DNA of 64,000 nt from an uncultured Vampirovibrionales bacterium (GCA_964390635.1 CAYMIG010000004.1:1057-65056); one strand, 5' to 3'; shown: positions 1-10,137, numbered from the stretch's first letter. The notes: a model not told the origin generated them from the letters alone. Program-made: numbers and translations.

Positions 1-1
1 T

Positions 2-151
2 TCCCGCGCCCAGGGCATTGCCGGGGTGGGCATGGGCACCGTGGCCCGCCAAGCCATCTGGCAGGCGGTAGAAGCCGAAGACGACCCCTTCGCCATTGAA
101 ACCGCGGCTTCGCTGGTGCGTCTGTTCAAGCAGCCCCGTCATCCTTTATAA
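2..151 (+). CDS. 3' end of a probable LdpA-family protein (partial, runs off the window edge)
   Basis: Frame 2 reads ...IAGVGMGTVARQAIWQAVEAEDDPFAIETAASLVRLFKQPRHPL*, resembling the LdpA C-terminus (IAGVAxGSxAR...A..LV..LK). It lies directly upstream of a ycf45-like gene, as ldpA does in cyanobacteria. Confidence 0.5.
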   Translation, partial: SRAQGIAGVGMGTVARQAIWQAVEAEDDPFAIETAASLVRLFKQPRHPL

Positions 152-215
152 TAAAGGAGGGATAGAAGCAAGGGGGAGAGTTATTCTGAAGAAATCAGCC
201 AAGCCTGCCGAAATC

Positions 216-1895
216 ATGCACAACACCCAACCCAGGGCCTCACAGTCGTCACCGTGCACCGAGTTTCCGTTTTTCGAGGATCCTGCAATCGCAACCGACC
301 TGCAACTCTTAATCGACATCCTGCCGGAGCGCATCCAGCGCGCCCTGCAAACCGTGGATCTCGACGATCTGATCGAAATCGTCATGGATCTGGGCCGCAT
401 CCCGGAAGCCCGCTTCTCGGAGGAGGGGTCGTACCTGGAACTGGGCACCCAGCAGGTGACACTGGATGAGATTCACCATGTGGTCAAGCATATGGGCTAT
501 TTTACCAGCGACAACCGGGCGGGCATTCCCCGCACCCTGCACCGCATCAGCGCCCTGCGCAACCGCCAGGGGGATATCGTGGGCCTGACCTGCCGGGTCG
601 GCAAGGTAGTCACCGGCACCGTGGATCCCATCCAGGACATTATCCAGTCCGGCAAAAGCATCCTGCTGCTGGGTCGGCCCGGGGTGGGCAAGACGTCGCG
701 CCTGCGGGAGATCGCCAAGCTGCTGGCCGATGAAAGCAAGAGGCGGGTGGTCATTGTGGATACCTCCAACGAGATTGCCGGCGATGGCGACATCCCCCAC
801 CCGGCGGTGGGCCGCTCCCGGCGCATTCAGGTGGCCCACCGGGATCGCCAGAAAGAGGTCATGATTGAAGCGGTGCAAAACCACACCCCGGAAGTGATCA
901 TCGTGGATGAAATCGGCACCGAGGAAGAAGCCCTGGCCGCCCGCACCATCGCCGAGCGGGGGGTCATCCTGGTGGCCACTGCCCACGGCAACACCCTGGA
1001 AAACGTGGTCAAAAACCCGGTGCTCTCCGACATTGTGGGCGGCATCCAGACCGTCACCCTGGGGGACGAGGAGGCCAAGCGGCGCTCCACCCAGAAAACC
1101 GTGCAGGAACGCGCTAAAAAGCCCACCTTCGACATCTGCATCGAGATCCGGGATCGCCAGACCGTGGCCGTCTACCCGGACGTGGCCGAGGCGGTGGATC
1201 ACCTGCTGCGGGGCTGGACCCTGTTTCCGGAAATCCGCAAGATCGACGCGGAAACCGGGGCCACCAAGGTGCTCAAAACCGATTTCCAGGTCATGCCGGG
1301 CCGGCTCATCGACCGGGAGGCAGGCGAGTTCAACCCCGGGGAATTCACCGAGCATCCCCGGGACGAGGCCCCGGTGCCCGCCGGGGAAGACGAGCTGCGC
1401 CTGTTCCTGTACGGCATCAGCAAGTCGTTCCTGGATCGCATTTTGGAGCGGCTGAACCTGAACAACGTGCGCATTACCAAGAACATCTATGACGCCAACG
1501 CGGTCATTGCCCTCAAAGGCAACGCCCGCCCGGGCTCCAAAATCTTGAAGCTGGCCCAGGACTACGAAGTGCCCGTGTTCTACGCCAAAACCAACACCAT
1601 GCCCCAGATCCAGCGGGCCCTGCGGGAAGCCCTGGACGCCGATGCCGGCACCTTTGCCGAGCAGATTGCCGCGGCCCCCTTCGAGGACGAAACCGAAATC
1701 GCCCTGCGGGAAGCACAAGAGGCCATCGAGGCAGTGCTCAGCGAGGCCACCGCAGTGGAGCTGGCACCCCGGCGCTCTTACATCCGCCGTTTGCAGCATG
1801 AGCTGGTGGAAAAGCACCAGCTTATCAGCGTCAGCATTGGTGATGAGCCCAACCGCCGACTGAAGGTGCTGCCCCCCAAAAAGGGTTCTGGTTAA
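216..1895 (+). CDS. Ycf45 / SpoIIIAA-like AAA ATPase with C-terminal R3H domain
   Basis: Motifs EIVMDLGR, TLHRISA, GLTCRVG, Walker A GRPGVGKT, VDTSNEIAGDGDIPH and Walker B IIVDEIG; C-terminal RRLQH (R3H). Start placed at ATG 216. Confidence 0.9.
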   Translation: MHNTQPRASQSSPCTEFPFFEDPAIATDLQLLIDILPERIQRALQTVDLDDLIEIVMDLGRIPEARFSEEGSYLELGTQQVTLDEIHHVVKHMGYFTSDNRAGIPRTLHRISALRNRQGDIVGLTCRVGKVVTGTVDPIQDIIQSGKSILLLGRPGVGKTSRLREIAKLLADESKRRVVIVDTSNEIAGDGDIPHPAVGRSRRIQVAHRDRQKEVMIEAVQNHTPEVIIVDEIGTEEEALAARTIAERGVILVATAHGNTLENVVKNPVLSDIVGGIQTVTLGDEEAKRRSTQKTVQERAKKPTFDICIEIRDRQTVAVYPDVAEAVDHLLRGWTLFPEIRKIDAETGATKVLKTDFQVMPGRLIDREAGEFNPGEFTEHPRDEAPVPAGEDELRLFLYGISKSFLDRILERLNLNNVRITKNIYDANAVIALKGNARPGSKILKLAQDYEVPVFYAKTNTMPQIQRALREALDADAGTFAEQIAAAPFEDETEIALREAQEAIEAVLSEATAVELAPRRSYIRRLQHELVEKHQLISVSIGDEPNRRLKVLPPKKGSG

Positions 1896-1923
1896 GGCCG
1901 GTTCGGGGTAAACTCAAACTATT

Positions 1924-2583
1924 GTGACGCCATCCGATCCCCACCCCGCATCCGCCCCCCGGTCCGGCTTGTTCGTGACCTTCGAGGGCATGGACGGCTC
2001 CGGCAAGACCACCCAGCTGGAGCTGGCCGCGCGCGCCCTGCAGGCTGCCGGGCACACCGTCACCGTCACCCGCAACCCAGGCGGCACCGAGCTGGGACAA
2101 GAACTGCGACAAATCCTGCTGCACTACGACAAGCCGGTTTATCCCACCTGTGAGCTGCTGCTGTACGTAGCGGACCGGGCCCAGCACATGAACGAAGTGG
2201 TCTTCCCGGCCCTGGCCCGGGGAGAAATCGTGCTGTGCGACCGGCACATCGATTCCTCGGTGGCCTACCAGGGCTACGGGCGCCAGCTGGACCTGGCCGT
2301 CATCCACCAGCTGAACCGCATCGCGGTGCAGGGCCGCATGCCGGACGTGACCCTGCTGTTTGACGCCGACACGGCGGTGCTGGCCCAGCGGGTGAACCGG
2401 CGGGGGCAAGCCGACCGCCTGGAGGGGGAGGCCCGCGAATTTCACGAACGGGTGCGCCAGGGCTACCAGGCGCTGGCCCAGGCTGAACCCGGGCGCATTC
2501 ACGTGCTGGACGCCGCCATGGCCGTCGAACCCCTGCATGCCGAAGTCATGCGGCTATTGAACCACTTCCTGGCCGCCGTTTAA
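1924..2583 (+). CDS. tmk: Thymidylate kinase
   Basis: FVTFEGMDGSGKTTQ, LCDR, SSVAYQG motifs. Confidence 0.95.
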   Translation: MTPSDPHPASAPRSGLFVTFEGMDGSGKTTQLELAARALQAAGHTVTVTRNPGGTELGQELRQILLHYDKPVYPTCELLLYVADRAQHMNEVVFPALARGEIVLCDRHIDSSVAYQGYGRQLDLAVIHQLNRIAVQGRMPDVTLLFDADTAVLAQRVNRRGQADRLEGEAREFHERVRQGYQALAQAEPGRIHVLDAAMAVEPLHAEVMRLLNHFLAAV

Positions 2584-2589
2584 CCCCAC

Positions 2590-4497
2590 CTAGCCGTGAC
2601 CGGGGGCGGCGGCCTCCCCGGACTCCTCGCCGGCGGGCCCTTCGGTTTCCCCGGGCATGCGGAAGGGCACCGGCGATTCCAGCACCACGCTGACGATGCG
2701 GGGACCTTCCACCTCGGAGACCACAAAGCGCAGATCCTCGAAGGTCACCTCGTCGCCGGCCTCGGGTTCCCGGCCCAGGGCCCCGAACACGTAGCCTCCC
2801 ACCGTCTTGAACTCGTCGAAGGGCAGGTTCAGGTCCAGGGCCTCGTTCAGGTCCTCAATGTCGTATTTACCGTTCAGCAGCACCTTGTTGGGCTCCAGCA
2901 CGGTGAGCATGGGCTCGTCATCGTGGTGCTCGTCCCAGATTTCCCCGATGATCTCCTCAATCACGTCCTCTACCGTGACCAGCCCGGCAAAGCCCCCGTG
3001 CTCGTCGGCCACCGCGGCAATGCGGATCTTGTTGCGCTTGAAGTCTTCCAGCAGGTCGCTGATGGGCTTGTTTTCGGGATAGATGTCGATTTCCCTCACG
3101 ATTTCAAACAGGGGGGTGTCCAGTTGCCCGTGGCGAATGCGGTCGAACACGTCCCGGGCATGGGCCAGCCCCACCAGGTCGTCCACGTTTTCCTTGTACA
3201 CCGGCAGCCGGGTGTGGCCGGTTTCGATCATCAGGTCGGCCACCTCGGCGAGCGGGGTTTGCAGCTCCACGCACTCGACGTCGATACGGGGAATCATGAT
3301 GTCCCGCACGGTGGCCTCGGTAAAGTCGTACACGTTCATCAGCAGTTGGGCTTCCCGCTGGTCCAGCACCCCTTCGGTCTTGCCCTGCTCAATGAGAGCC
3401 TCGAACTTTTCGCCCCATTCAATCTCCGACTCATCGGCCAGCACCTCCACGAACACCTTGCTGGCGTTGTGGATGCGGCTTTGGATGCGTTCCTTGATGC
3501 GCTCGGTCAGATCGTCCACGTCCTTCACCAGGGTGTAGGGATCCACCTGCACCTGCAGGTGCACCGTCAGCCCGGCCAGGCCATGATCGATGGTTTTCAG
3601 GTCCAGCACCTCGGACACCCCGTTCATGTTGTGCACCAGGGTGCGAATCTTGCTCTCCACGTTGGGGGAGGCGGCGGTTTGGGTCAGCACCCCCCGGTTG
3701 TGGCGGAAAAGATACACCGCCATGGCAATCAGCATGCCGCCGATGATGATGGAGGCACCCGCATCCGGCACATGGGCGTAAGCCGCCGGCAGCAGCCCCC
3801 AGTCAATGGCCATGTGGGAAAGGGTAATAGCCACCAGGGCCAGCAAGGCACCACTCAGGGCAATGGTGTCCTCGAAAAACACAAACCGGGTGGTGGGCCC
3901 CACCACGTGCCGCACGTTGGAGAAGGCCCGCACATAGGTGTCCCAGAACCCCCGGGCCGGCAGGCCCAGCTCTTCCAGCACCGCCTGGCAGGCCCGGTGC
4001 ACCGCCCACATCTCGATGGCGATGCTGGCCAGCAAGACCACCACCGAAAAGAGATAGCCGTCCATGCCGGGGATGGGGCTGGCCGCCATGACCTGGTGGC
4101 CTTCGGGCACGGTCAGCCGGGTCCAGCCTTCCACAATGGCCCATGCCGACAACACCACCAGGATCACGCAGGCCGGCAGTGTCCAGACGTTGGCCTCCAG
4201 GCCGTAACCAAAGGGGTGGGTGCGATCCGGGGGCTTCTGGCTTAGCCGGTTGCCCACAATGAGGGCCACGCTGTTGACCGCGTCCCCGTAAGAGTGCAGC
4301 GATTCGGAAAAGACGGCGGGACTGCCCGACACCAGCCAGGCCCACAGCTTGATGGTGCCAATCAGCACGTTGGCAAACAAAGCCGCAATGAGCGAGCCGC
4401 CCGCATGGTGCATTTCCGGCTCCCGTGGCCCAATATAGGTCGGAGCCGGTGAAGACCCGATTACGTTCGTACTACCTGGAGGTTCGACTGTGCCCAT
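2590..4497 (-). CDS. Cation diffusion facilitator transporter fused to a CBS pair and CorC/HlyC domain
   Basis: N-terminal CDF part (SESLHSYGD, HPFGYG, FFEDTIAL, dimerisation domain), then VRDIMIPR, GHTRLPVY, DEHGGFAGLVTVEDVIEEIIGEI and TVGGYVF (CBS-CorC). Confidence 0.85.
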   Translation of the reverse strand: MGTVEPPGSTNVIGSSPAPTYIGPREPEMHHAGGSLIAALFANVLIGTIKLWAWLVSGSPAVFSESLHSYGDAVNSVALIVGNRLSQKPPDRTHPFGYGLEANVWTLPACVILVVLSAWAIVEGWTRLTVPEGHQVMAASPIPGMDGYLFSVVVLLASIAIEMWAVHRACQAVLEELGLPARGFWDTYVRAFSNVRHVVGPTTRFVFFEDTIALSGALLALVAITLSHMAIDWGLLPAAYAHVPDAGASIIIGGMLIAMAVYLFRHNRGVLTQTAASPNVESKIRTLVHNMNGVSEVLDLKTIDHGLAGLTVHLQVQVDPYTLVKDVDDLTERIKERIQSRIHNASKVFVEVLADESEIEWGEKFEALIEQGKTEGVLDQREAQLLMNVYDFTEATVRDIMIPRIDVECVELQTPLAEVADLMIETGHTRLPVYKENVDDLVGLAHARDVFDRIRHGQLDTPLFEIVREIDIYPENKPISDLLEDFKRNKIRIAAVADEHGGFAGLVTVEDVIEEIIGEIWDEHHDDEPMLTVLEPNKVLLNGKYDIEDLNEALDLNLPFDEFKTVGGYVFGALGREPEAGDEVTFEDLRFVVSEVEGPRIVSVVLESPVPFRMPGETEGPAGEESGEAAAPGHG

Positions 4498-4550
4498 GGA
4501 CCCTGGTGATTAACTGCAAGACACCGCTTCTGGAAAAACGGATGGGTTTA

Positions 4551-4577
4551 GTATCGAACCGATTGCCCAAACCTTTA
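4551..4577 (-). promoter_or_regulatory. Candidate sigma-28 (FliA) promoter for the CDF-CBS gene
   Basis: Minus strand reads TAAA-N15-TTCGATAC against the consensus TAAA-N15-GCCGATAA. Confidence 0.5.
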
Positions 4578-4657
4578 ACCCGGCTCGGGCCTCCGAATCG
4601 ATCCTGCGTTTCATTATACCAACAATCCGGCCCGGCCCCAAGCCGGAGCAGGGCGAC

Positions 4658-5029
4658 TCAGCGCTCCTCGGCAGGGGCCGCCTCCAGGACGGGCATGGGG
4701 CCGTCGGGACCCTCGGCTTCCGCCCCGGACTCCATCCCGGGCCCGGGCTCCACCGCTGCCGGGGGCGGCCCCTCGGGGGACGATGCCGGTTTGCGTTGCC
4801 CCTTAGGCTTGGAGAGGATATCCCCCATCAGGTAGCCCAGCAGGCCGGCCACCGTGGCCGCGCTCAGGCTCATCACCAGCATCTGGAAAAGATCCGTCCA
4901 CAAGGGCAGCTCCATGCCCACGGCCAGCAGGTCGCCCTCAGGCTTGACATGCTGCCAAAGCGCCACCACCAAGGTCAGCAGGAAAGCCCCGCTGCTGCAC
5001 ACGCCGGCAAATTTAACCGAAAGTCTCAT
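4658..5029 (-). CDS. Hypothetical two-TM membrane protein, translationally coupled to flhA
   Basis: ATG overlaps the flhA stop (ATGA); two hydrophobic segments and a Pro/Glu-rich tail. Confidence 0.7.
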   Translation of the reverse strand: MRLSVKFAGVCSSGAFLLTLVVALWQHVKPEGDLLAVGMELPLWTDLFQMLVMSLSAATVAGLLGYLMGDILSKPKGQRKPASSPEGPPPAAVEPGPGMESGAEAEGPDGPMPVLEAAPAEER

Positions 5030-7149
5030 GAGTCAAGCGCCGCCTGCAAACTGTCAATGCGCACGGAACCCACCGCGGTGGCCCGCACGGTAGGCCCAAT
5101 CTCATTGTAGGACAACACCGCAATTTGGGGGAGCATGCGCTCAATCAGCCGTCGGAACGGCAAGCGCAACCGGGCATTGCAGAGAATCACCGGCTGCACG
5201 CCGGTATTGTGGATGGCTTTCTCGATTTCATGATTCAGCGCCGTAAGCAACTTCTGGGTCAACACCGGGCCCAGGGCCAGGGTCTGGCCGTCCTGGCTGA
5301 GCCCCTGGGCCATCTGCTCCTCGATGGCCGGATCCAGGGTCAGGGCGGGCAGCTCCCCGGTTTCCGGGTTGGCATGCTGCTTACAGATGGAGCGCGAGAG
5401 CGCCATGCGTGCCTGTTCGGTCAGGTAGTCGGGATCTTTATTGACCCGGCAATGGTAGCTGAGGGCTTCCAGGATGGTGACCATATCCCGGATGGACACC
5501 CGCTCCCGCAGCAGGTTTTGCAGGATGACGTGAATCTCGGCCTCGGTCAGGGCATCGGGCACCAGGTCGCCCACCAGGGAGTCGTTGACCTTCTTCACGT
5601 TCTCCAGCAGGCCTTTCACATCAGCCCGGCTCAGGATGTCGGCGGCGTTTTTCTTGATGACCTCGGTAAGATGGGTGGACACCACCGCCGAGGCGCTGAC
5701 CACCGCGTAGCCCGCCACCTCGGCCCGCTCCTTCTGATCGGCCTCAATCCACAGCGCGGGTAGCCCGAAGGCCGGCTCCCGGGTTTCGATGCCCTCCAGG
5801 GGCTCGGTGACATCGGGGTCGGTGCTCATGGCCATCCACAAATCGGCCATCACCTCCCCGCTTTCGATGGTGACGCCCCGCAGCTTGATGTTGTACTGGT
5901 TGGGCGGCAGCTGCAGGTTGTCCCGCACCCGCACGGAGGGCAAGACCATGCCCAGTTCCATGGCCACCTGCCGGCGGATCTGCCCGATGCGCTCCAGCAG
6001 GTCGCCCCCGGATTCGGCCTCCAGCAGGGGTACCAGCCGGTAGCCCATATCCAGCTCCAGGGTTTCCACCTGCAACAAATCCATTACATTATCAGAGCTG
6101 GCCTTTTTCTTCTGCACCGCCTTGGTTTTGATCTCCTCCTGCTGGCGGCGGGCGGCTTCCTCCTTGTTGGTCTGAACCATCAGGTAGCTGGCCCCGGCTG
6201 CCACCAGGCCTATGGTCAGGAAGGGCAGGGTGGGCATGCCCGGCACTACGCCCAGCAGCACCATCAGGCCACCCATAATGCCCAGCACCTTGGGGTTTTG
6301 GAACATCTGCCCGCCGATGTCCTCGCCCAGGGAGTTGTCGGTATCCGACACCCGGGTCACCAGGATACCGGTGGCCACCGAAATGACCAGGGCAGGCATC
6401 TGGGACACCAGGCCGTCGCCCACGGTGAGGGTGGTGAAGGTGGCCGCCGCATCGGCCAGCGGCATGCCCATCTGCACCACCCCGATGATAAGCCCGCCCA
6501 CGATGTTAATGACCGTGATGATAATGGCCGCGATGGCATCGCCTTTCACAAACTTGCTGGCACCATCCATGGTGCCGTAGAAGTCGGCCTCCTTCTGGAT
6601 GGTGGAGCGGCGGCGCTTGGCCTCGCGCTCGTCAATCATGCCGGCGTTCAGCTCGGCATCGATGGCCAGCTGCTTGCCGGGCATGGCGTCCAGGGTGAAG
6701 CGGGCGGCCACTTCGGACACCCGGCCCGCGCCGTTGGTGATGACGATAAAGTTGATGATGATGAGGATCACGAAAATGAGCAAGCCCACCACGTAGTTGC
6801 CGCCAATGACAAAGCTGCCGAAGGCATGCACCACTTGCCCGGCCTCGCCGTGCAGCAGGATGAGCCGGGTGGTGCTCACGTTCAAGCCCAACCGGAACAG
6901 GGTGGACACCAGCAGGATGGTGGGGAAAGTGGAATATTGCAGGGGTTCACGGGTGTACAGGGTGACCAGCAGGATGGTCACCGACAGCGCGATGTTGATG
7001 GTCAGCAAAATATCGAGCAGCAGGGGCGGCAGGGGAATGAGCATCATGGCCACAATGAGGGCCATGCCCACGGCCAGCAACACGTCGTTGTGCTTCAGCA
7101 GCTGCTTCCAGCCAATCTTGGGCAGGGCGTTGGCGGCGGGCTGGCTCAT
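5026..7149 (-). CDS. flhA: Flagellar export gate protein FlhA
   Basis: EVAARFTLDAMPGKQLAIDAELNAG, DFYGTMDGASKFVKGDA and LLRERVSIRD motifs. Confidence 0.97.
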   Translation of the reverse strand: MSQPAANALPKIGWKQLLKHNDVLLAVGMALIVAMMLIPLPPLLLDILLTINIALSVTILLVTLYTREPLQYSTFPTILLVSTLFRLGLNVSTTRLILLHGEAGQVVHAFGSFVIGGNYVVGLLIFVILIIINFIVITNGAGRVSEVAARFTLDAMPGKQLAIDAELNAGMIDEREAKRRRSTIQKEADFYGTMDGASKFVKGDAIAAIIITVINIVGGLIIGVVQMGMPLADAAATFTTLTVGDGLVSQMPALVISVATGILVTRVSDTDNSLGEDIGGQMFQNPKVLGIMGGLMVLLGVVPGMPTLPFLTIGLVAAGASYLMVQTNKEEAARRQQEEIKTKAVQKKKASSDNVMDLLQVETLELDMGYRLVPLLEAESGGDLLERIGQIRRQVAMELGMVLPSVRVRDNLQLPPNQYNIKLRGVTIESGEVMADLWMAMSTDPDVTEPLEGIETREPAFGLPALWIEADQKERAEVAGYAVVSASAVVSTHLTEVIKKNAADILSRADVKGLLENVKKVNDSLVGDLVPDALTEAEIHVILQNLLRERVSIRDMVTILEALSYHCRVNKDPDYLTEQARMALSRSICKQHANPETGELPALTLDPAIEEQMAQGLSQDGQTLALGPVLTQKLLTALNHEIEKAIHNTGVQPVILCNARLRLPFRRLIERMLPQIAVLSYNEIGPTVRATAVGSVRIDSLQAALDS

Positions 7150-8243
7150 CGGTTAACCGGGGCCTTTCCGGACTTGCGGCCAGGCAGCCGCCGTCCCTTG
7201 TTCTTGGAGTATACGTAAGCCAGCACCTCGGCCACCGCCACGAACAGGTCGGGGGGGATCATGGCGTCGGGCTCCACCACCGGGTAGAGGGCCCGGGCCA
7301 GGGGCTTGTTTTCCACCATGGGAATGTTGTGCTCCCGGGCCACCTCCTTGATTTTCAGGGCGAAGTGATCCTTGCCCTTGGCCACCACCACCGGGGCGGG
7401 GGCGATATCCGGGTCGTACTTCAGGGCGATGGCAAAGTGGGTGGGGTTGGTGATGACCACATCGGCGGTGGGCACCGAGGCCAGCTGCTTGTTGCGGGAG
7501 ATCTGCACGCCCATCTGCCGGATGCGGCTTTTGATCATGGGATCCCCTTCCTGGTTCTTGCGCTCGTCTTTGACTTCCTGGCGGGTCATGCGCAGCTGCT
7601 TCTCCAGCTCGTAGGCCTGGTAGCGCCAATCGAGCAGGCCCATCACGAAAAAGAGGGCGCAGCTCCACAGGGCAATTTCGGAAAGCACCGAAAAGACGAA
7701 GTGCCAGGCCAGGGGCATTTCCATCATTCCCAGGCCCATCAGCTCGGGCATGTGTTTTTGAATGATGTTGTAGCCGCAGGCCCCGATGACCGCCATCTTC
7801 ACCAGGGCTTTCACCACCTCCACCACGGCCCGCATGGACCACATGCGCTTGAAGCCGTTGACGGGGTTGATTTTATCCAGCTTGGGCTGCAGGGCCTTCC
7901 AGGCAACCAGGGGCCGCACCTGTACCAGGTTGCTGAGCGCCCCCATCACCATAACGGCCAGCAAAAAGGGCATCAGCAGCCAGATGAGGGCCACGACGGC
8001 ATCGCTCAGCATGGCGTTGAAGGCAGCCATGGTGAGGGGCTTGGCGGAAAGGTGCGAGAAAGTATAGCGCATCATGCCGTACAGGGTGGAAAAGGTATAG
8101 GGGCCTACGAAGGCCATGGCCCCGGTGGCCGCGGTCAGCACGATGGCCCCGTTGAAGTCCTGGCTCTTGGCCACCTGGCCCTGCTCGCGGGCATCCGCGA
8201 TGCGCTTGGGCGTGGGTTTTTCGGTCTTGTTCTCAAACGCCAT
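7146..8243 (-). CDS. flhB: Flagellar export switch protein FlhB
   Basis: KTEKPTPKR N-terminus, KNQEGDP, NPTH autocleavage motif. Confidence 0.97.
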   Translation of the reverse strand: MAFENKTEKPTPKRIADAREQGQVAKSQDFNGAIVLTAATGAMAFVGPYTFSTLYGMMRYTFSHLSAKPLTMAAFNAMLSDAVVALIWLLMPFLLAVMVMGALSNLVQVRPLVAWKALQPKLDKINPVNGFKRMWSMRAVVEVVKALVKMAVIGACGYNIIQKHMPELMGLGMMEMPLAWHFVFSVLSEIALWSCALFFVMGLLDWRYQAYELEKQLRMTRQEVKDERKNQEGDPMIKSRIRQMGVQISRNKQLASVPTADVVITNPTHFAIALKYDPDIAPAPVVVAKGKDHFALKIKEVAREHNIPMVENKPLARALYPVVEPDAMIPPDLFVAVAEVLAYVYSKNKGRRLPGRKSGKAPVNR

Positions 8244-8249
8244 GCGGCA

Positions 8250-9038
8250 TCAACTCCGGTACAGGCCCAGTAACACGCGGTAGAGATCGGCGTACTGCGA
8301 CTTGAGCAGCTCGCCCAGGTAGGGCAGGAACAGCATAATGACCAGCAGGCCCACCGCCACCTTCAGGGGGATGCCCACCATGAACACGTTCATCTGGGGC
8401 ATGACTTTCGCCACGAAGCTCAGGGTGATTTCGGTGACCAGCAGCACCCCCATCACCGGCACCCCGATCATCAAGGCGGTCACGAACATGTGCCCGGTCA
8501 GCTCGATGAAGCGCCCGGCCATCAGGGCCGCCGAGGGGGTCCCTGGGCTGCCGAAAAAGTGGCCCAGCGGCAGCCAGGTAAAGCTCTGATCCACCGCCTT
8601 GAGCAGGGCATGGTGCATGTTCAGGCTGAGAAACAGCAGGGCCGCAAAGTAGAAAAAAAACTGCCCCATCACCGGCACCTGGGTCTGGGTGACCGGATCC
8701 AGCACGTTGGCCACCGACAAGCCCATCTGGAAGCTGATAAACTCCCCGGCCATCTGCAAGGCCACAAAAATCAGGCTGGCCGCAAAGCCGATCATCAGCC
8801 CGATGACCGTTTCCTGCACGGCCAGCAGGGCAAACTGCACCAGATCGGCGGGCACCACCAGCGGGGCCGCATGCAGGGGAAACAACAGCAAGGCCACCGC
8901 AAAGGCCAGCCCCACCTTGGCCTGCATGGGGACGGCGCGCATGTTCAACAGCGGGGCGCTGACCAGCATGCCGGCCATGCGAAACATGACCAGCAGGAAG
9001 GCAATGACGGTATGGGTGGTCAGCAGGCTTAAGTCCAA
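8250..9038 (-). CDS. fliR: Flagellar export protein FliR
   Basis: AGEFISFQMGL and PQMNVF motifs; TTG start with AAGGAG RBS; lies between fliQ and flhB. Confidence 0.93.
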   Translation of the reverse strand: MDLSLLTTHTVIAFLLVMFRMAGMLVSAPLLNMRAVPMQAKVGLAFAVALLLFPLHAAPLVVPADLVQFALLAVQETVIGLMIGFAASLIFVALQMAGEFISFQMGLSVANVLDPVTQTQVPVMGQFFFYFAALLFLSLNMHHALLKAVDQSFTWLPLGHFFGSPGTPSAALMAGRFIELTGHMFVTALMIGVPVMGVLLVTEITLSFVAKVMPQMNVFMVGIPLKVAVGLLVIMLFLPYLGELLKSQYADLYRVLLGLYRS

Positions 9039-9062
9039 ACCGGGCTCCTTGGGTCAGTCGTC

Positions 9063-9341
9063 TTACTTGTGGGCTTGTCCCACCTTGGCCATGCCGGTCA
9101 GCAGGCGTCCGGTGTAGTCCACCACCATCTGGGTCATCCAGGGCCCGGCCAGAATGAGGATGAGAAAGGAGGCCAGGATCTTGGGCACAAAGGTCAGGGT
9201 GGACTCTTGAATCTGGGTCACCGCCTGGAAGATGGAAATGCCCAGGCCCACCACCAGGTTGATGATGAGCAGCGGCGCCGACAGCAGCACGATGAGCCAG
9301 ATGGCGTTCTGCAAGAGATCGATGAACATGGCTTCGGTCAT
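9063..9341 (-). CDS. fliQ: Flagellar export protein FliQ
   Basis: ISIFQAVTQIQESTLTFVPK motif; AGGAG RBS before ATG 9341. Confidence 0.95.
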   Translation of the reverse strand: MTEAMFIDLLQNAIWLIVLLSAPLLIINLVVGLGISIFQAVTQIQESTLTFVPKILASFLILILAGPWMTQMVVDYTGRLLTGMAKVGQAHK

Positions 9342-9351
9342 GGGCAGTCTC

Positions 9352-10137
9352 CTATCCAAACCCGGCCACCAGGGCCCGGGTAATCAGGTGCCAGCCGTCC
9401 ACCAGAACGAACAGCACCAGCTTGAAGGGCAGCGAGATGGTGGTGGGGGGCAAAAACAGCATGCCCATGGACACCAGCACGCTGGAAACCACCACGTCGA
9501 TGATCAGGAAGGGCAAAAAGATGATGAAGCCCAGCTGGAAGGCGGTCTTCAGCTCGCTGATGGTGAAGGCCGGCAGCAACACGTAGGTAGGAATGTCCTT
9601 GCGGGTCTGGGGCTTGGGTAGCTTGGCCATATCCATAAACAGGGCCAGGTCTTTTTGCCCGGTCTGCTTGAACATGAAAGTGCGCAGGGGCTGGACGGCA
9701 TTGCCCAGGGCCAGCTCCTGGCTCATTTTGCCTTTCAGATAGGGTTGCAGGGCCTTCTCGTTGATCTCCCCGAAGGTGGGGGCCATCACGAAAAAGGTCA
9801 GGATGAGGGACAGACCGATGATCACCTGCCCCGGCGGAAGCTGGGGGGTGCCGATTGCCTGGCGAACCAGGGACAGCACGATGACAATGCGGGTGAAGGC
9901 GGTGGCCATCACCAGGATGGCCGGGGCCAGGGTCAACACGGTCAGCAGAATGAGGATTTGCAGGCCCTTGCTAACATCCTGGGGGCTATTGGCCTGTCCC
10001 ACCCGGATGTCCAAAGTGGGCAAGCCCACCTGGGCATGGGCATGGGGCATTGCCGCCCACAACAGGCCCAAAAGCGCCAAGCCCATGGCCATCCAGGCCC
10101 ATGCCCGCTGCCTGCTCATTGTGCCGTTGAAACGCAT
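9352..10137 (-). CDS. fliP: Flagellar export protein FliP
   Basis: TAFTRIVIVLSL, PAFTISELKTAF, SLPFKLVLFVLVDGW; N-terminal signal-like segment; start uncertain (10119-10137). Confidence 0.95.
   Translation of the reverse strand: MRFNGTMSRQRAWAWMAMGLALLGLLWAAMPHAHAQVGLPTLDIRVGQANSPQDVSKGLQILILLTVLTLAPAILVMATAFTRIVIVLSLVRQAIGTPQLPPGQVIIGLSLILTFFVMAPTFGEINEKALQPYLKGKMSQELALGNAVQPLRTFMFKQTGQKDLALFMDMAKLPKPQTRKDIPTYVLLPAFTISELKTAFQLGFIIFLPFLIIDVVVSSVLVSMGMLFLPPTTISLPFKLVLFVLVDGWHLITRALVAGFG

Noticed and set aside
5026-10137. Injectisome-type T3SS
   Set aside because: The fliP-fliQ-fliR-flhB-flhA order and the FliP signal-like N-terminus fit the flagellar type; no secretin, needle or translocon genes are in the window.
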